Program-made: the position numbers and the translations under genes
Shown: positions 9,654 through 18,681 of the stretch, one piece after another
Layout: the number at the start of each line of letters is the position of its first letter
Numbering within the stretch: position 1 is the first letter of the stretch
NCBI GenBank assembly: GCA_038232055.1
Contig: JBBSIN010000001.1
Span: forward strand, 15,633 to 79,632
Direction of reading: 5' to 3'
Source of the DNA: Mycobacteriales bacterium
GTDB lineage: Bacteria > Actinomycetota > Actinomycetes > JADGOV01
DNA length: 64,000 nt
The notes under the pieces: generated by a model
Told to the model about the DNA's origin: nothing
The model's database searches: none
Seen by the model: the letters and a program-made list of their open reading frames with translations, nothing else

Positions 9654-10360
9654 GGCGCCTCCTCCACGGGCTCGTAGCGGTACCCGACGCCCCAGATCGT
9701 GACCAACCGAGCCGGTGCCGCCGGATCTTGCTCGATCTTCTCGCGAAGGCGGCGGACGTGCACGGTGACCGTGGCCACGTCGCCGAAGGTCCAGCCCCAC
9801 ACCAGCTCCAGCAGCTCGGTCCGGCTGAACGCGCACCGCGGATGGCGGAGCAGGAACACCAGCAGGTCGTACTCGCGCGCCGTGAGGGCCAGCGGCTCGC
9901 CGCGGAAGGTCGCCGAATGCGCGCCGGCATCGACGGCGAGGTCGCCGTCGACCATGCGGCCGCCCTCCGCGGCGGCGAGCGGCGTCGCGGCCCGCCGCAG
10001 GACCGAGCGCACCCGCAGCACGAGCTCCCGCGGGCTGAACGGCTTGGTGACGTAGTCGTCGGCGCCGACCTCGAGCCCGAGGATGCGGTCGGCCTCCTCC
10101 CCGAGCGCGGTGAGCATCACGACCGGGACGGGCGAGGTCGCCCGCAGCGCGCGGCACACCTCGAGCCCGTCGATGCCGGGCAGCATGAGGTCGAGGATGA
10201 CGAGGTCGGGCGGGCGCTCCCGCGCCGCTTCCAGCGCGGCGGCGCCGTCACCGACCGTCTCCACCACGAAGCCGTCACGTTGCAGGTAGCGCGTGACGAC
10301 CTCGGCGACGGTCGGGTCGTCGTCGACGACGAGGACGCGGCTCGGCCTACTCATCGGCAC
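9650..10360 (-). CDS. OmpR-family response regulator
   Basis: REC domain (VLVVDDDP...D...LMLPG..G) and a winged-helix C-terminus (...[11 protein letters not shown]). Confidence 0.8.
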   Translation of the reverse strand: MPMSRPSRVLVVDDDPTVAEVVTRYLQRDGFVVETVGDGAAALEAARERPPDLVILDLMLPGIDGLEVCRALRATSPVPVVMLTALGEEADRILGLEVGADDYVTKPFSPRELVLRVRSVLRRAATPLAAAEGGRMVDGDLAVDAGAHSATFRGEPLALTAREYDLLVFLLRHPRCAFSRTELLELVWGWTFGDVATVTVHVRRLREKIEQDPAAPARLVTIWGVGYRYEPVEEAP

Positions 10361-10375
10361 GGCCTTTTCGTCGGA

Positions 10376-11725
10376 TCACCATGGCGACACCACGACGGCC
10401 TGTACGGCGAGGGCGACGACGGCCTGCGCGGCGAGCCACGACCGGCCGCGTCCCGGCAGCGCGGCCGTGGCGACGAGGATCCAGGGCGCGAACGGCAGCC
10501 AGATCCGCTCCACCTCGCCGCGGGAGAAGCCGCCGAGGTCACTTACCGCGACCGCCAGCAGGGCCGCGCCGACGAGCAGCCACAGTCGTCGGTCACGGAG
10601 CCGGCTCAGGCCCGCGGCCGCCGCTGGACCGACGAGCACGGCCAGCAGCGCGAGGTCGCCGAGCAGGAAGTACCAGTAGAGCCGCCCTGCGCCGTGCCCG
10701 CGCGACCACTCGACGGAGGTGGCGGCGACTCCGGCCGGCCACCAGAAGCCGGCGACGGCGAAGGCGACGAAAACGGCAGCGAGCCCGGCGGCGGCGACGG
10801 CGAGCACGCGTGGCCGTCGCAGGCCGACCGCGAGCGCCAGCGCCCCGAGCGGCAGCAGGCCGTAGGACAGGAACAGCATGCCGCCGAGCAGCAGTCCGGC
10901 CGCGACCGCCGGCGCCGCGGCCCGGCGGCCGGTCGCGTGCGCCGCCACCGCGAGCAGCGCAACTCCCCACGCCGAGACGCCGAGGAAGAGAGCGTCCATG
11001 CTCGTCGCCACCCAGAGCGCGGCGGGCGCCAGCACGAGGAAGGGCAGCGTGCGCCGCGCCGCCGCCTCCCCGTCGAGCGTGCGTACGGTCACCGCCACCG
11101 CGGCCGCGGCCGAGGCCCCCGCGGCGATCACCACGGCGGCCTGCCAACCCGGGCCGGGCAGCCCCAGCCACTCGAGCAGCTTCACGACGAGCACCGGTCC
11201 CGGCGGGTGCCCGCGGGTATGCGTGGAGTAGCTCGGCAGGTCGGTCACGAAGGTGCGCAAAAAGGCGCCGACGCCGGAATCGAGCGCCGGCAGGGTCGTC
11301 CGGTAGTCCTCCACCCGGGCCAGCGGAGCGCTGAGCCGGGCCCAGCCATCGCTCGCGGCGAGCGCCACCGCCCAGAGGGCCGTCGCGCCCCAGGACGCGG
11401 CGAGAAGCTGTCGCCAGCGCAGCCGCGCGGCGGCGACCGGGCCGAGACCCACGACGAGGGCGGCTACCGCGACCGCGGGAAGCAGCGACAGCCCGGGCCG
11501 CACGTCGACCTGACCGATGAACGGAGGAAGTGGCCCGACGAAGAGGTTCGTGCCCGGCTGGAGCAGCTGGCCCCATGCGACGGCAGCACCGATCAGCACC
11601 AGCCAGGCCGACACCGCAAGAACGACCGGACCACGCCGACGGGCGCCATCGCGGGCACGCGGAAACGTCGCGGCGTGCAGCGTCGCGACCATGGCGCGAG
11701 CGTAGGCGGAGATGGCGCCCGTCAC
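10376..11725 (-). CDS. Polytopic integral membrane protein, possibly a GT-C-type glycosyltransferase
   Basis: About 12 predicted TM segments, rich in Ala, Leu and Trp. Divergent neighbour of the GT2, DUF2064 and methyltransferase genes. The start codon is uncertain (GTG 11725 or ATG 11692). Confidence 0.45.
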   Translation of the reverse strand: MTGAISAYARAMVATLHAATFPRARDGARRRGPVVLAVSAWLVLIGAAVAWGQLLQPGTNLFVGPLPPFIGQVDVRPGLSLLPAVAVAALVVGLGPVAAARLRWRQLLAASWGATALWAVALAASDGWARLSAPLARVEDYRTTLPALDSGVGAFLRTFVTDLPSYSTHTRGHPPGPVLVVKLLEWLGLPGPGWQAAVVIAAGASAAAAVAVTVRTLDGEAAARRTLPFLVLAPAALWVATSMDALFLGVSAWGVALLAVAAHATGRRAAAPAVAAGLLLGGMLFLSYGLLPLGALALAVGLRRPRVLAVAAAGLAAVFVAFAVAGFWWPAGVAATSVEWSRGHGAGRLYWYFLLGDLALLAVLVGPAAAAGLSRLRDRRLWLLVGAALLAVAVSDLGGFSRGEVERIWLPFAPWILVATAALPGRGRSWLAAQAVVALAVQAVVVSPW

Positions 11726-11802
11726 GCCCTTCAGGATCTGCCGTTCTCGCTCTGTAAGGTCCCCGCGGCCGAGATGGAAACGCCGGCGGCTAGCGTTGGG
11801 AC

Positions 11803-12453
11803 GTGGAGATCGACGTCGTGCTGCCGTGCCTCGACGAGGCCGCCGCGCTGCCGTGGGTCCTCGGCCGGATGCCGGCCGGGTTCCGCGCGATCGTCGCCGA
11901 CAACGGCTCCACCGACGACTCGGCAGCCGTCGCGCGCGCGTACGGCGCCCACGTCGTCACCGTGCGACAGCGCGGCTTCGGCGCAGCCTGCGCCGGCGGG
12001 CTGGCCGTCGCCACCAACGAAATCGTCTGCTTCCTCGACGCCGACGCGTCGCTGGACCCGCGTCAGCTGCCCTGGGTCGTCGACCCGGTGGTCGCAGGCG
12101 AGGCCGACCTGGTCCTCGGCCGGCGGATGCCGCGCGGTCGCGGCGCATGGCCGGTCCACGCCCGGCTCCTCAACGCGCTGCTCGCCAGGCACCTGCGCCG
12201 ACGTACCGGCTACGCCCTGCACGACCTCGGCCCGATGCGCGCCGTACGCCGCGACGCCCTCCTCGCGCTCGCCCTCGTCGACCGGCGGTTCGGCTACCCG
12301 TTGGAGATGGTCACGCGGGCCGCTGGCGCAGGATGGCGGGTGACCGAGGTGCCGGTCGACTACCTGCCCCGCACCGGGCGGTCGAAGGTGAGCGGAACCG
12401 TCCGAGGCACCGTGCGGGCCGTCCGCGACATGCGGGCGGTGCTCGCCCAGTGA
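11803..12453 (+). CDS. GT2-family glycosyltransferase (polyprenyl-phosphate sugar synthase-like catalytic domain)
   Basis: IDVVLPCLDEAAAL...DNGSTDDS...FLDADAS (DxD) motifs. 216 aa. Confidence 0.75.
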   Translation: MEIDVVLPCLDEAAALPWVLGRMPAGFRAIVADNGSTDDSAAVARAYGAHVVTVRQRGFGAACAGGLAVATNEIVCFLDADASLDPRQLPWVVDPVVAGEADLVLGRRMPRGRGAWPVHARLLNALLARHLRRRTGYALHDLGPMRAVRRDALLALALVDRRFGYPLEMVTRAAGAGWRVTEVPVDYLPRTGRSKVSGTVRGTVRAVRDMRAVLAQ

Positions 12454-13115
12454 CACTCGCCGGCACCCTCGCGGCCCAGGTCCTGGTGCTCGCCAAGGCA
12501 CCGGTCCCCGGCCTCGTCAAGACGAGGCTGACGCCGCCGTACAGCTGCACGGAGGCGGCGGGGCTGGCCGCCGCGGCGCTGGAGGACACGCTCGACGCCG
12601 TGGCGGCGACCCGGGTGGCTCGGCGAGTGCTCGTCCTGGACGGCCCGTCCGGCGGCTGGCAGCGGCCGGGTCTCGACGTGGTGCCGCAGCGGGGCGGCCG
12701 CCTCGACGAGCGACTGGCTGCGGCGTACGACGACGCCTGGGCCGGCCGGGCGCTGCCGATGCTGCTGATCGGCATGGACACGCCGCAGGCCGGGTCGGAG
12801 CTACTCACCGCCGCCGTCCGGGAGCTGCTGGGCGACGGGGTGGACGCCGTCCTCGGACCGGCGGTCGACGGCGGCTTCTGGGCACTCGGGCTACGCCGCC
12901 CGGACGCCCGGTTGCTGCTCGGCGTACCGATGTCGCTGCCCGTCACCGGTGCCGCGCAGCAGGCCCGGCTGCGGTTCGCCGGCCTGCGCGTCGCCGCGCT
13001 GCCGATGCTCACCGACGTCGACACCCCGGAGAGCGCCGCGCGGGTCGCCGCCGCGCTGCCGGAGTCGCGGTTCGCCGCGCTGCACGGGCGGCTACGGCGG
13101 GAGGGAGCGGCATGA
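12450..13115 (+). CDS. DUF2064 / TIGR04282-like nucleotidyltransferase-fold protein
   Basis: GTG overlaps the GT2 stop. VLAKAPVPGLVKTRL...DGGFWALG motifs, typical of the GT2-associated transferase-1 family. Confidence 0.55.
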   Translation: MTLAGTLAAQVLVLAKAPVPGLVKTRLTPPYSCTEAAGLAAAALEDTLDAVAATRVARRVLVLDGPSGGWQRPGLDVVPQRGGRLDERLAAAYDDAWAGRALPMLLIGMDTPQAGSELLTAAVRELLGDGVDAVLGPAVDGGFWALGLRRPDARLLLGVPMSLPVTGAAQQARLRFAGLRVAALPMLTDVDTPESAARVAAALPESRFAALHGRLRREGAA

Positions 13116-13741
13116 CGGCGACCGCCCTCGACGTCTACGCGCACGGGCTCGGCGGCGGCGACGTGCTGGTCGAGTACGACGACGGCAGTGTGTGGACCCT
13201 GCCCGTCGCACGGTGGCGACAGCGACTCCTTCCAGGCGACGAAAGATTGCTCGCCCGCCTCACTGGCCCCGTGCTCGACGTCGGATGCGGCCCCGGCCGG
13301 CTCACCGCGGCGCTCACCGCTCGGGGCGTGCCAGCCCTCGGTATCGACATCTGCCCGGAGGCCGTCGCCCTCACCAAGGCGAACGGTGCCCTCGCCGTAC
13401 GCCGCGACGTCTTCTCCACGCTGCCGGGGGTCGGACGCTGGCCGACCGTGCTGCTCGCGGACGGCAACGTCGGCATCGGCGGTCGACCGGTTCTCCTGCT
13501 GCGCCGGATCGCGGAGCTGCTCGGGCCCGGCGGTTGCGTCCACGTGGAGACCGACCCGCCCGGGCGGGAGTCGCGTCCGGTGTGGGCGCGACTGCACGGC
13601 GGTGGCATGACGAGCAGGTGGTTCGCCTGGGCGCACGTCACCGCGGGTGACATCGCGGCGTTCGGCGTACGCGCGGGCTTGCGGCGTACCGACTGCTGGA
13701 CGGAGGCGGGCCGGTGGTTCTCGGTGCTCACCGGCTGCTGA
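13112..13741 (+). CDS. Class I SAM-dependent methyltransferase
   Basis: ATGA overlap with the upstream gene. SAM motif VLDVGCGPGRLTAAL. Confidence 0.65.
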   Translation: MTATALDVYAHGLGGGDVLVEYDDGSVWTLPVARWRQRLLPGDERLLARLTGPVLDVGCGPGRLTAALTARGVPALGIDICPEAVALTKANGALAVRRDVFSTLPGVGRWPTVLLADGNVGIGGRPVLLLRRIAELLGPGGCVHVETDPPGRESRPVWARLHGGGMTSRWFAWAHVTAGDIAAFGVRAGLRRTDCWTEAGRWFSVLTGC

Positions 13742-14946
13742 ACCGGCCGCTACCGCGGCCACCTGACCTGCTGAGGCAGGGGCCGCTGCGGGCCGGCGCG
13801 TTCACCAGCCGCCTGCACGACGAGCGGGTCGCCGCACGCCTCGGGGTCGCCCTCGGCATCTCGTTCAGCGTGTGCTTCCTCACCGGGCTGTTGAGCCACG
13901 CCATCCAGCAACCGCCCGGGTGGTTCCTCTGGCCGCCGCGGCCGGTCAACCTCTACCGCGTCACCCAAGGGCTGCACGTCCTGACCGGGCTGGCCTCGAT
14001 CCCGCTTCTCCTCGCGAAGCTGTGGACCGTCTACCCGAAGCTCTGGGAGTGGCCCCCGGTGCGCTCCATCGCGCACGCCGTCGAGCGGATCGCGCTCGCG
14101 GTGCTGGTCGGCGGCGCCACGCTCCAGCTGTTCACCGGCCTGGCCAACATCGCCTACTGGTATCCGTTCCGCTTCTTCTTCACGAGGACCCACTACTGGA
14201 CGGCGTGGATCACGATCGGCGCGCTGCTCATCCACGTCGGCACGAAGGTCTCCATCGCCCGCGCCGCCCTGGCTACGCCCCTCGACCAATCCCTCGACCA
14301 ACCCCTCGACCAGCCCGCAGAGCCGGAGCAACCCGACGAGCCGGACCCGCCCGGTCTCTCACGGCGTGGCTTCCTCACCTCCGTCGGCGTCGCCAGCGGC
14401 GTCGTCGTGGTGGCGACCGCCGGCCAGACCGTGCCGGGGCTCACCCGCCTCGACCTGCTCGGTGCGCGGCGACCGGACATCGGCTCGCAGGGGCTCCCGG
14501 TCAACAAGAGCGCCAAGGGCTCCGGAGTGACCAAGCTCGCCAGCGACCCGGCGTACCGGCTGCGGGTCGACGGCCCGCGCGGCTTCACGCTGTCGCTCGA
14601 CGAGTTGCGTGCTCTGCCGCAGCGCACGGTCGCGTTGCCGATCACCTGCGTCGAGGGCTGGAGCGTTGGGGCGCGCTGGAGTGGCGTGCCCATGGGCGAA
14701 CTCCTCGACCGTGCCGGGGCGCCGCGGGACGCACGGGTGCGCGTCGAGTCGCTGCAGAAGGGCGGCCTCTACCGGACGTCGGTCCTCGACCCGTCGCACG
14801 CGCGCGACCGGCTCACGCTGCTCGCCCTGCGGGTCAACGGCGAGGAGCTCGACCTCGACCACGGCTTCCCGTGCCGGCTCATCGCCCCGAACCGACCGGG
14901 GGTCCTGCAGACGAAGTGGGTGGCCCGCCTGGAGGTGCTGACATGA
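13714..14946 (+). CDS. Membrane-anchored molybdopterin-dependent (sulfite-oxidase-fold) oxidoreductase
   Basis: N-terminal block of about 190 aa with five or six TM helices. PLDQSLDQPLDQP repeat linker. Internal twin-arginine-like SRRGFLTSVGVASGVVVVATAG. C-terminal Moco domain (...ALPITCVEGWS...HGFPCRLIAPNRPG). Confidence 0.65.
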   Translation: MVLGAHRLLNRPLPRPPDLLRQGPLRAGAFTSRLHDERVAARLGVALGISFSVCFLTGLLSHAIQQPPGWFLWPPRPVNLYRVTQGLHVLTGLASIPLLLAKLWTVYPKLWEWPPVRSIAHAVERIALAVLVGGATLQLFTGLANIAYWYPFRFFFTRTHYWTAWITIGALLIHVGTKVSIARAALATPLDQSLDQPLDQPAEPEQPDEPDPPGLSRRGFLTSVGVASGVVVVATAGQTVPGLTRLDLLGARRPDIGSQGLPVNKSAKGSGVTKLASDPAYRLRVDGPRGFTLSLDELRALPQRTVALPITCVEGWSVGARWSGVPMGELLDRAGAPRDARVRVESLQKGGLYRTSVLDPSHARDRLTLLALRVNGEELDLDHGFPCRLIAPNRPGVLQTKWVARLEVLT

Positions 14947-15398
14947 CGACGCTCTCCGGGCGCGACGAGCCCCGCCCATGGCGCGGCCGCTTCCTGCTCT
15001 ACGGCGTCGGTGCGGCCGCGATCCTCTGGGGGCTGCGGGGCATCGTCGTCGACGCGGCCGTCACCCAGCCCGTCAACTGGGCGGTCTTCTTCGTCTTGGG
15101 AGTCCTCGGGCACGACGTCCTGCTGGCGCCCATCGTCTTCGTGGTGGCGCTCGTCGGCGTACGCCGCCTCCCGGCGAGATACCGCTCCCTCGTCCAGGCC
15201 GGCGTTGTCGTGAGCGGCCTCGTCACGCTCGTCGCGCTGCCCGTCGTACTCGGCTTCGGCCGACGACCGGACGTGCCGTCGCAGCTGCCGCTCCCCTACC
15301 TCCGCAACCTGCTGCTGATCCTCGCCCTGGTGTGGGCCGCCGTGGCCGTGCTTGTCGTACGCCGAAGGATTCAGCGTTCCCGTGCGGTCATGGAGTAG
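14943..15398 (+). CDS. Small membrane protein (4 TM), hypothetical
   Basis: ATGA overlap with the oxidoreductase stop. Hydrophobic 151-aa product. Confidence 0.45.
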   Translation: MTTLSGRDEPRPWRGRFLLYGVGAAAILWGLRGIVVDAAVTQPVNWAVFFVLGVLGHDVLLAPIVFVVALVGVRRLPARYRSLVQAGVVVSGLVTLVALPVVLGFGRRPDVPSQLPLPYLRNLLLILALVWAAVAVLVVRRRIQRSRAVME

Positions 15399-16273
15399 CG
15401 CAGCTTCGCCATCATGTTCTCGGCTCCGGGCACGATGCCGCTCTGCTCGAAGAGTTCCGGGACGCGCTCGGCAAGCTGCTCCGGCGTCCAGCGCTGCGAC
15501 TCGTTCTCGATAGCGGCGGCGCTGGTGAACGGCCGGTAGATCTCGACCGCGTCGCCCTGGACGCCGAGCACCTTGCCGCTGATGTGCGCCGCCTCGTCGC
15601 TGCACAGGTAGGCGACCAGCGGCGCCACGTTGTCCGGATGCCAGAAGTCGAACCCCTGCTGCTCGCCGGCCGGAATCGACCCGTAGGCGCCCTCCGTCAT
15701 CCGGGTCCGTGCCGCGGGCGCGATTGCGTTGCAGGTGACCCCGTAGCGGGCCATCTCCTGGGCGACGATCGTGGAGAACGCCGCGATGCCGGCCTTCGCC
15801 GCGCCGTAGTTGGCCTGCCCGAAGTTGCCGAGCAGTCCCGAGGTGCTGGCGGTGCAGACGATCCGACCGGGGCGGCCCTCGGCCTTCCAGTACTCACAGG
15901 CGAAGTGCGTCGGCGCGTAGTGTCCCCGCAGGTGCACCTTGATCACCGTGTCCCACTCGTCGGGCGTCATCTTCCCGACCGTGCGGTCGCGCAGGATGCC
16001 GGCGTTGTTGACCAGTGCGTCGAGCCCGCCATACTCCTCGATCGCCTGGCGGACCAGGTCACGCGCGTCGTCGAACTCGGAGCAGTCGCCGGAGTTGAGT
16101 ACGGCGCCGCCGCCAGTTCGCCTGATCTCGTCGACGACGGCGCGCCCGGCCTCGGCGTCGAGCTCGTTGACGACGACCCGGGCGCCGGCGCGGGCGAGCT
16201 CGATCGCCTCGCCCCGGCCAATGCCGCGGCCCGCTCCGGTGACGATCGCTACCTTGCCGTCGAGCAATCCCAT
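15371..16273 (-). CDS. SDR-family oxidoreductase (3-oxoacyl-ACP reductase-like)
   Basis: GKVAIVTGAGRGIG...NNAG...Y-x-x-x-K (YGAAKAG). 300 aa. Confidence 0.8.
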   Translation of the reverse strand: MGLLDGKVAIVTGAGRGIGRGEAIELARAGARVVVNELDAEAGRAVVDEIRRTGGGAVLNSGDCSEFDDARDLVRQAIEEYGGLDALVNNAGILRDRTVGKMTPDEWDTVIKVHLRGHYAPTHFACEYWKAEGRPGRIVCTASTSGLLGNFGQANYGAAKAGIAAFSTIVAQEMARYGVTCNAIAPAARTRMTEGAYGSIPAGEQQGFDFWHPDNVAPLVAYLCSDEAAHISGKVLGVQGDAVEIYRPFTSAAAIENESQRWTPEQLAERVPELFEQSGIVPGAENMMAKLRYSMTARER

Positions 16274-16324
16274 GAGCGCGAATCTAGCGACTGCCGACCA
16301 CCCGATTCCCGCTAGGCTTCCGCG

Positions 16325-17539
16325 GTGAGCGAAGCGCGGCATCGCGTCGACAGCGAGGTGGGGCGCCTGCGGACGGTGCTGCTGCACCGGCCCGGCGCGG
16401 AGCTCAAGCGGCTCACCCCGCGCAACAACGACGAGCTGCTCTTCGACGGCATCCCGTGGGTGGACCGTGCACAGGCCGAGCACGACGCCTTCGCGGCCCG
16501 GCTGCGCGACCGTGGCGTCGAGGTCCTCTACCTCGCCGAGCTGCTCGCCGAGACACTCCAGGAGGCGGCGGCTCGCGAGCACGTGCTCGACAGCGCGCTG
16601 GTCCCCGGTGCGATCGGGCCGACGCTGGCGCGGGAGCTGCGCGGCTACCTCGGGGAGCTCACGCCGTACGACCTGGCCGAGGTGGTCATGGCCGGGATGT
16701 CGCACGAGGAGCTGCCGTTTACCGGCGGGGTCGTCGATCGGATGACCGGGGTCGACGACTTCGTCATCCGGCCGCTCGCCAACCTGCTGTTCACCAGGGA
16801 CTCCAGCGTGTGGGTCGACGCCCAGGTCGCCGTCACCCAGCCGTCGATGCCGGCGCGGCGTCGGGAGAGCGCGGTGACCGGCACGATCTACACCTACCAT
16901 CCGCGTTTCGCGGGAACGCCGTTGCTCTACCGCGGGCATCCGGACGACGAGGCCTGGCTGGAAGGCGGTGACGTGCTCGTTCTCGCGCCGGGCGTCCTCG
17001 CGGTCGGCGTCGGGCAGCGGACGACGCCGGCTGGAGTCGAGTCGTTTACGCTCCGCGTCTTCGCCGCGGGCGTGGTCCACACGGTGCTCGCCGTGCCGAT
17101 CGAGCAGGGCCGCGCGACGATGCATCTCGACACCGTCTGCACGATGGTGGACCGTGACGCCGTCGTGATGTACCCGCCGGTCGCCGACACGCTCGCGGCG
17201 TACGTCCTCACGCCCGCCGGGGCCGGCGGCGTACGGGTCGACGGGCCGGAACCCTTCCTGGTGGCGGCCGCCAAGGCGATGGGGATCGACACGCTGCGGC
17301 TCATCGACACCGGGCTCGATCCGATCACCGCGGAGCGGGAGCAGTGGGACGACGGCAACAACACGCTGGCGATCGCGCCGGGTGTCGTCGTCGCGTACGA
17401 ACGAAACACCGAGACGAACGCTCGTCTCGCCGACGCCGGCATCGAGGTCATCGCGATCGCGGGCAGCGAGCTGGGCAGTGGGCGCGGTGGGCCGCGGTGC
17501 ATGTCGTGCCCGATCCTGCGCGACCCGCTAACCGACTGA
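16325..17539 (+). CDS. arcA: Arginine deiminase
   Basis: 404 aa. Conserved ADI blocks ([32 protein letters not shown]) and the catalytic Cys near the C-terminus ([10 protein letters not shown]). Confidence 0.85.
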   Translation: MSEARHRVDSEVGRLRTVLLHRPGAELKRLTPRNNDELLFDGIPWVDRAQAEHDAFAARLRDRGVEVLYLAELLAETLQEAAAREHVLDSALVPGAIGPTLARELRGYLGELTPYDLAEVVMAGMSHEELPFTGGVVDRMTGVDDFVIRPLANLLFTRDSSVWVDAQVAVTQPSMPARRRESAVTGTIYTYHPRFAGTPLLYRGHPDDEAWLEGGDVLVLAPGVLAVGVGQRTTPAGVESFTLRVFAAGVVHTVLAVPIEQGRATMHLDTVCTMVDRDAVVMYPPVADTLAAYVLTPAGAGGVRVDGPEPFLVAAAKAMGIDTLRLIDTGLDPITAEREQWDDGNNTLAIAPGVVVAYERNTETNARLADAGIEVIAIAGSELGSGRGGPRCMSCPILRDPLTD

Positions 17540-17566
17540 GCCCCCGGTCAGGCAACCTGCCGACGA

Positions 17567-17660
17567 CGGTCCTGACGACCGGTCCTGGCGACCGGTCCTG
17601 GTGACCGCCGCCACTTGACCGCCGCCACTTGACCGCCGCCACTTGACCGCCGCCGAACCA
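17567..17660. repeat. Tandem repeats: (CGGTCCTGRCGAC)x3 followed by (CGCCGCCACTTGAC)x4
   Basis: Seen directly in the sequence, in the 640-bp non-coding gap between the convergent arcA and anti-sigma-factor genes. Confidence 0.7.
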
Positions 17661-17780
17661 GCGATCTCCTTCGCTCGCCGTGTGGTGGCTGGGGATCGGT
17701 TCTGGAGATCGTTAGGCGACAATGGCGCACGCGAAGGAGATCGTTCAGCCGCCGGAGGTCGTCGGAGGGCGCGTCCCAGT

Positions 17781-17910
17781 GATCGTCCGAGGAGCTGTCC
17801 GAGATCGTCCGAGTGATCGTCCGAGGAGACGGCGGCGTACCACCTGCGGAAACGGCCTCGAAATTCCTCGGACACGTGCTCGGACACGTGCTCGGACAAG
17901 TGCTCGGACA
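17781..17910. repeat. Composite element: four GTCCGAG copies, spacer containing ACCTGCGGA, then four CTCGGAC copies (as CACGTGCTCGGACA x3.5)
   Basis: Same inverted heptamer-array architecture and shared spacer motif as 6344-6425. Confidence 0.65.
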
Positions 17911-17949
17911 ATCTTGGTGACGGCCGGCGCCTGTCACCGGACTTCGAAC

Positions 17950-18020
17950 CGAGCGGCTGGCCGCTCAGAGAAACCGCTCAGAGAAGCCGCCCACAAGCCG
18001 CCCAGAAGCCGCCCAAAGAA
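17950..18020. repeat. Tandem repeats: (CCGCTCAGAGAA)x2 and (AAGCCGCCCA)x3
   Basis: Seen directly in the sequence. Confidence 0.6.
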
Positions 18021-18179
18021 AAGGCCCGAGCGCCACCGACGGGGGATGCGGCAGCGCTCGGGCACTTCTAGGGTAACCCGTCGGCGGGAAATGTAACCCC
18101 GCCATTCGGGTCACGCTGTGGTGTCGCATGACGGCGGCGCCGGATTCCGTGGGGTGTCGCGTGGCGACGTGGCGCCGGG

Positions 18180-18656
18180 TCAGACCGCGGCGGCGACTTT
18201 GTCGGCGGATGCTAGTTCCACGGTCGCCCAGACCGTCGTCTCGCGCCCACCGCGGTCGCGCTGGACTCCCCACTCGCCGCAGAGCGCCTCGACGATGGAC
18301 AGGCCGCGACCACCCGTGGCGGACTCGGACACGCTTCGGAGGGCCGGCATCGTGACACCGCCGCCGTCGGTGACGGCCACGGACAAGACTGATCCGCCGA
18401 GGCGCCATTCCACGCCGACCGTGCCGTCCGGCAGGGCGTGCGCGTGCCGCAGCGCGTTGCCCATCAGTTCGGAGAGCACGATCATGGCGTCGTCGACGAC
18501 GGGCGCCGGTACCCCGGTCCGGCCGAGTTGGCCGCAGACGAGCTGCCGGGCGAGCGACGCGCTGTCCAGCGCGTACGGCAGGGACAGGACGGCCATGAAC
18601 CGTTCCACCCCCGTCGGGCAGCCTGTCAGAGTCAGTGAGCCCAGGGTTCCCGGCAT
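18180..18656 (-). CDS. Anti-sigma regulatory factor (RsbW-like Ser/Thr kinase, HATPase_c)
   Basis: ...MIVLSELMGNALRHA...GGRGLSIVEAL... The start could also be ATG 18596. No cognate anti-anti-sigma or sigma gene is adjacent. Confidence 0.6.
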   Translation of the reverse strand: MPGTLGSLTLTGCPTGVERFMAVLSLPYALDSASLARQLVCGQLGRTGVPAPVVDDAMIVLSELMGNALRHAHALPDGTVGVEWRLGGSVLSVAVTDGGGVTMPALRSVSESATGGRGLSIVEALCGEWGVQRDRGGRETTVWATVELASADKVAAAV

Positions 18657-18681
18657 TTGCTTTCTCAAAACGGTCTTTACG

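Noticed and set aside
9728-12343. 871-aa and 317-aa Arg-rich ORFs (9728..12343 +, 10381..11334 +)
   Set aside because: Antisense to the response regulator and the 12-TM membrane protein gene. Extreme Arg/Pro/Gly bias and no domain signatures.
17540-18100. Possible CRISPR array, or small repeat-encoded peptides (for example the minus ORF MSEHLSEHVSEHVSEEF...)
   Set aside because: Repeat units are 10-14 bp and contiguous with no unique spacers, so this is not CRISPR. The ORFs are by-products of the repeats, with no SD and no codon-bias support.
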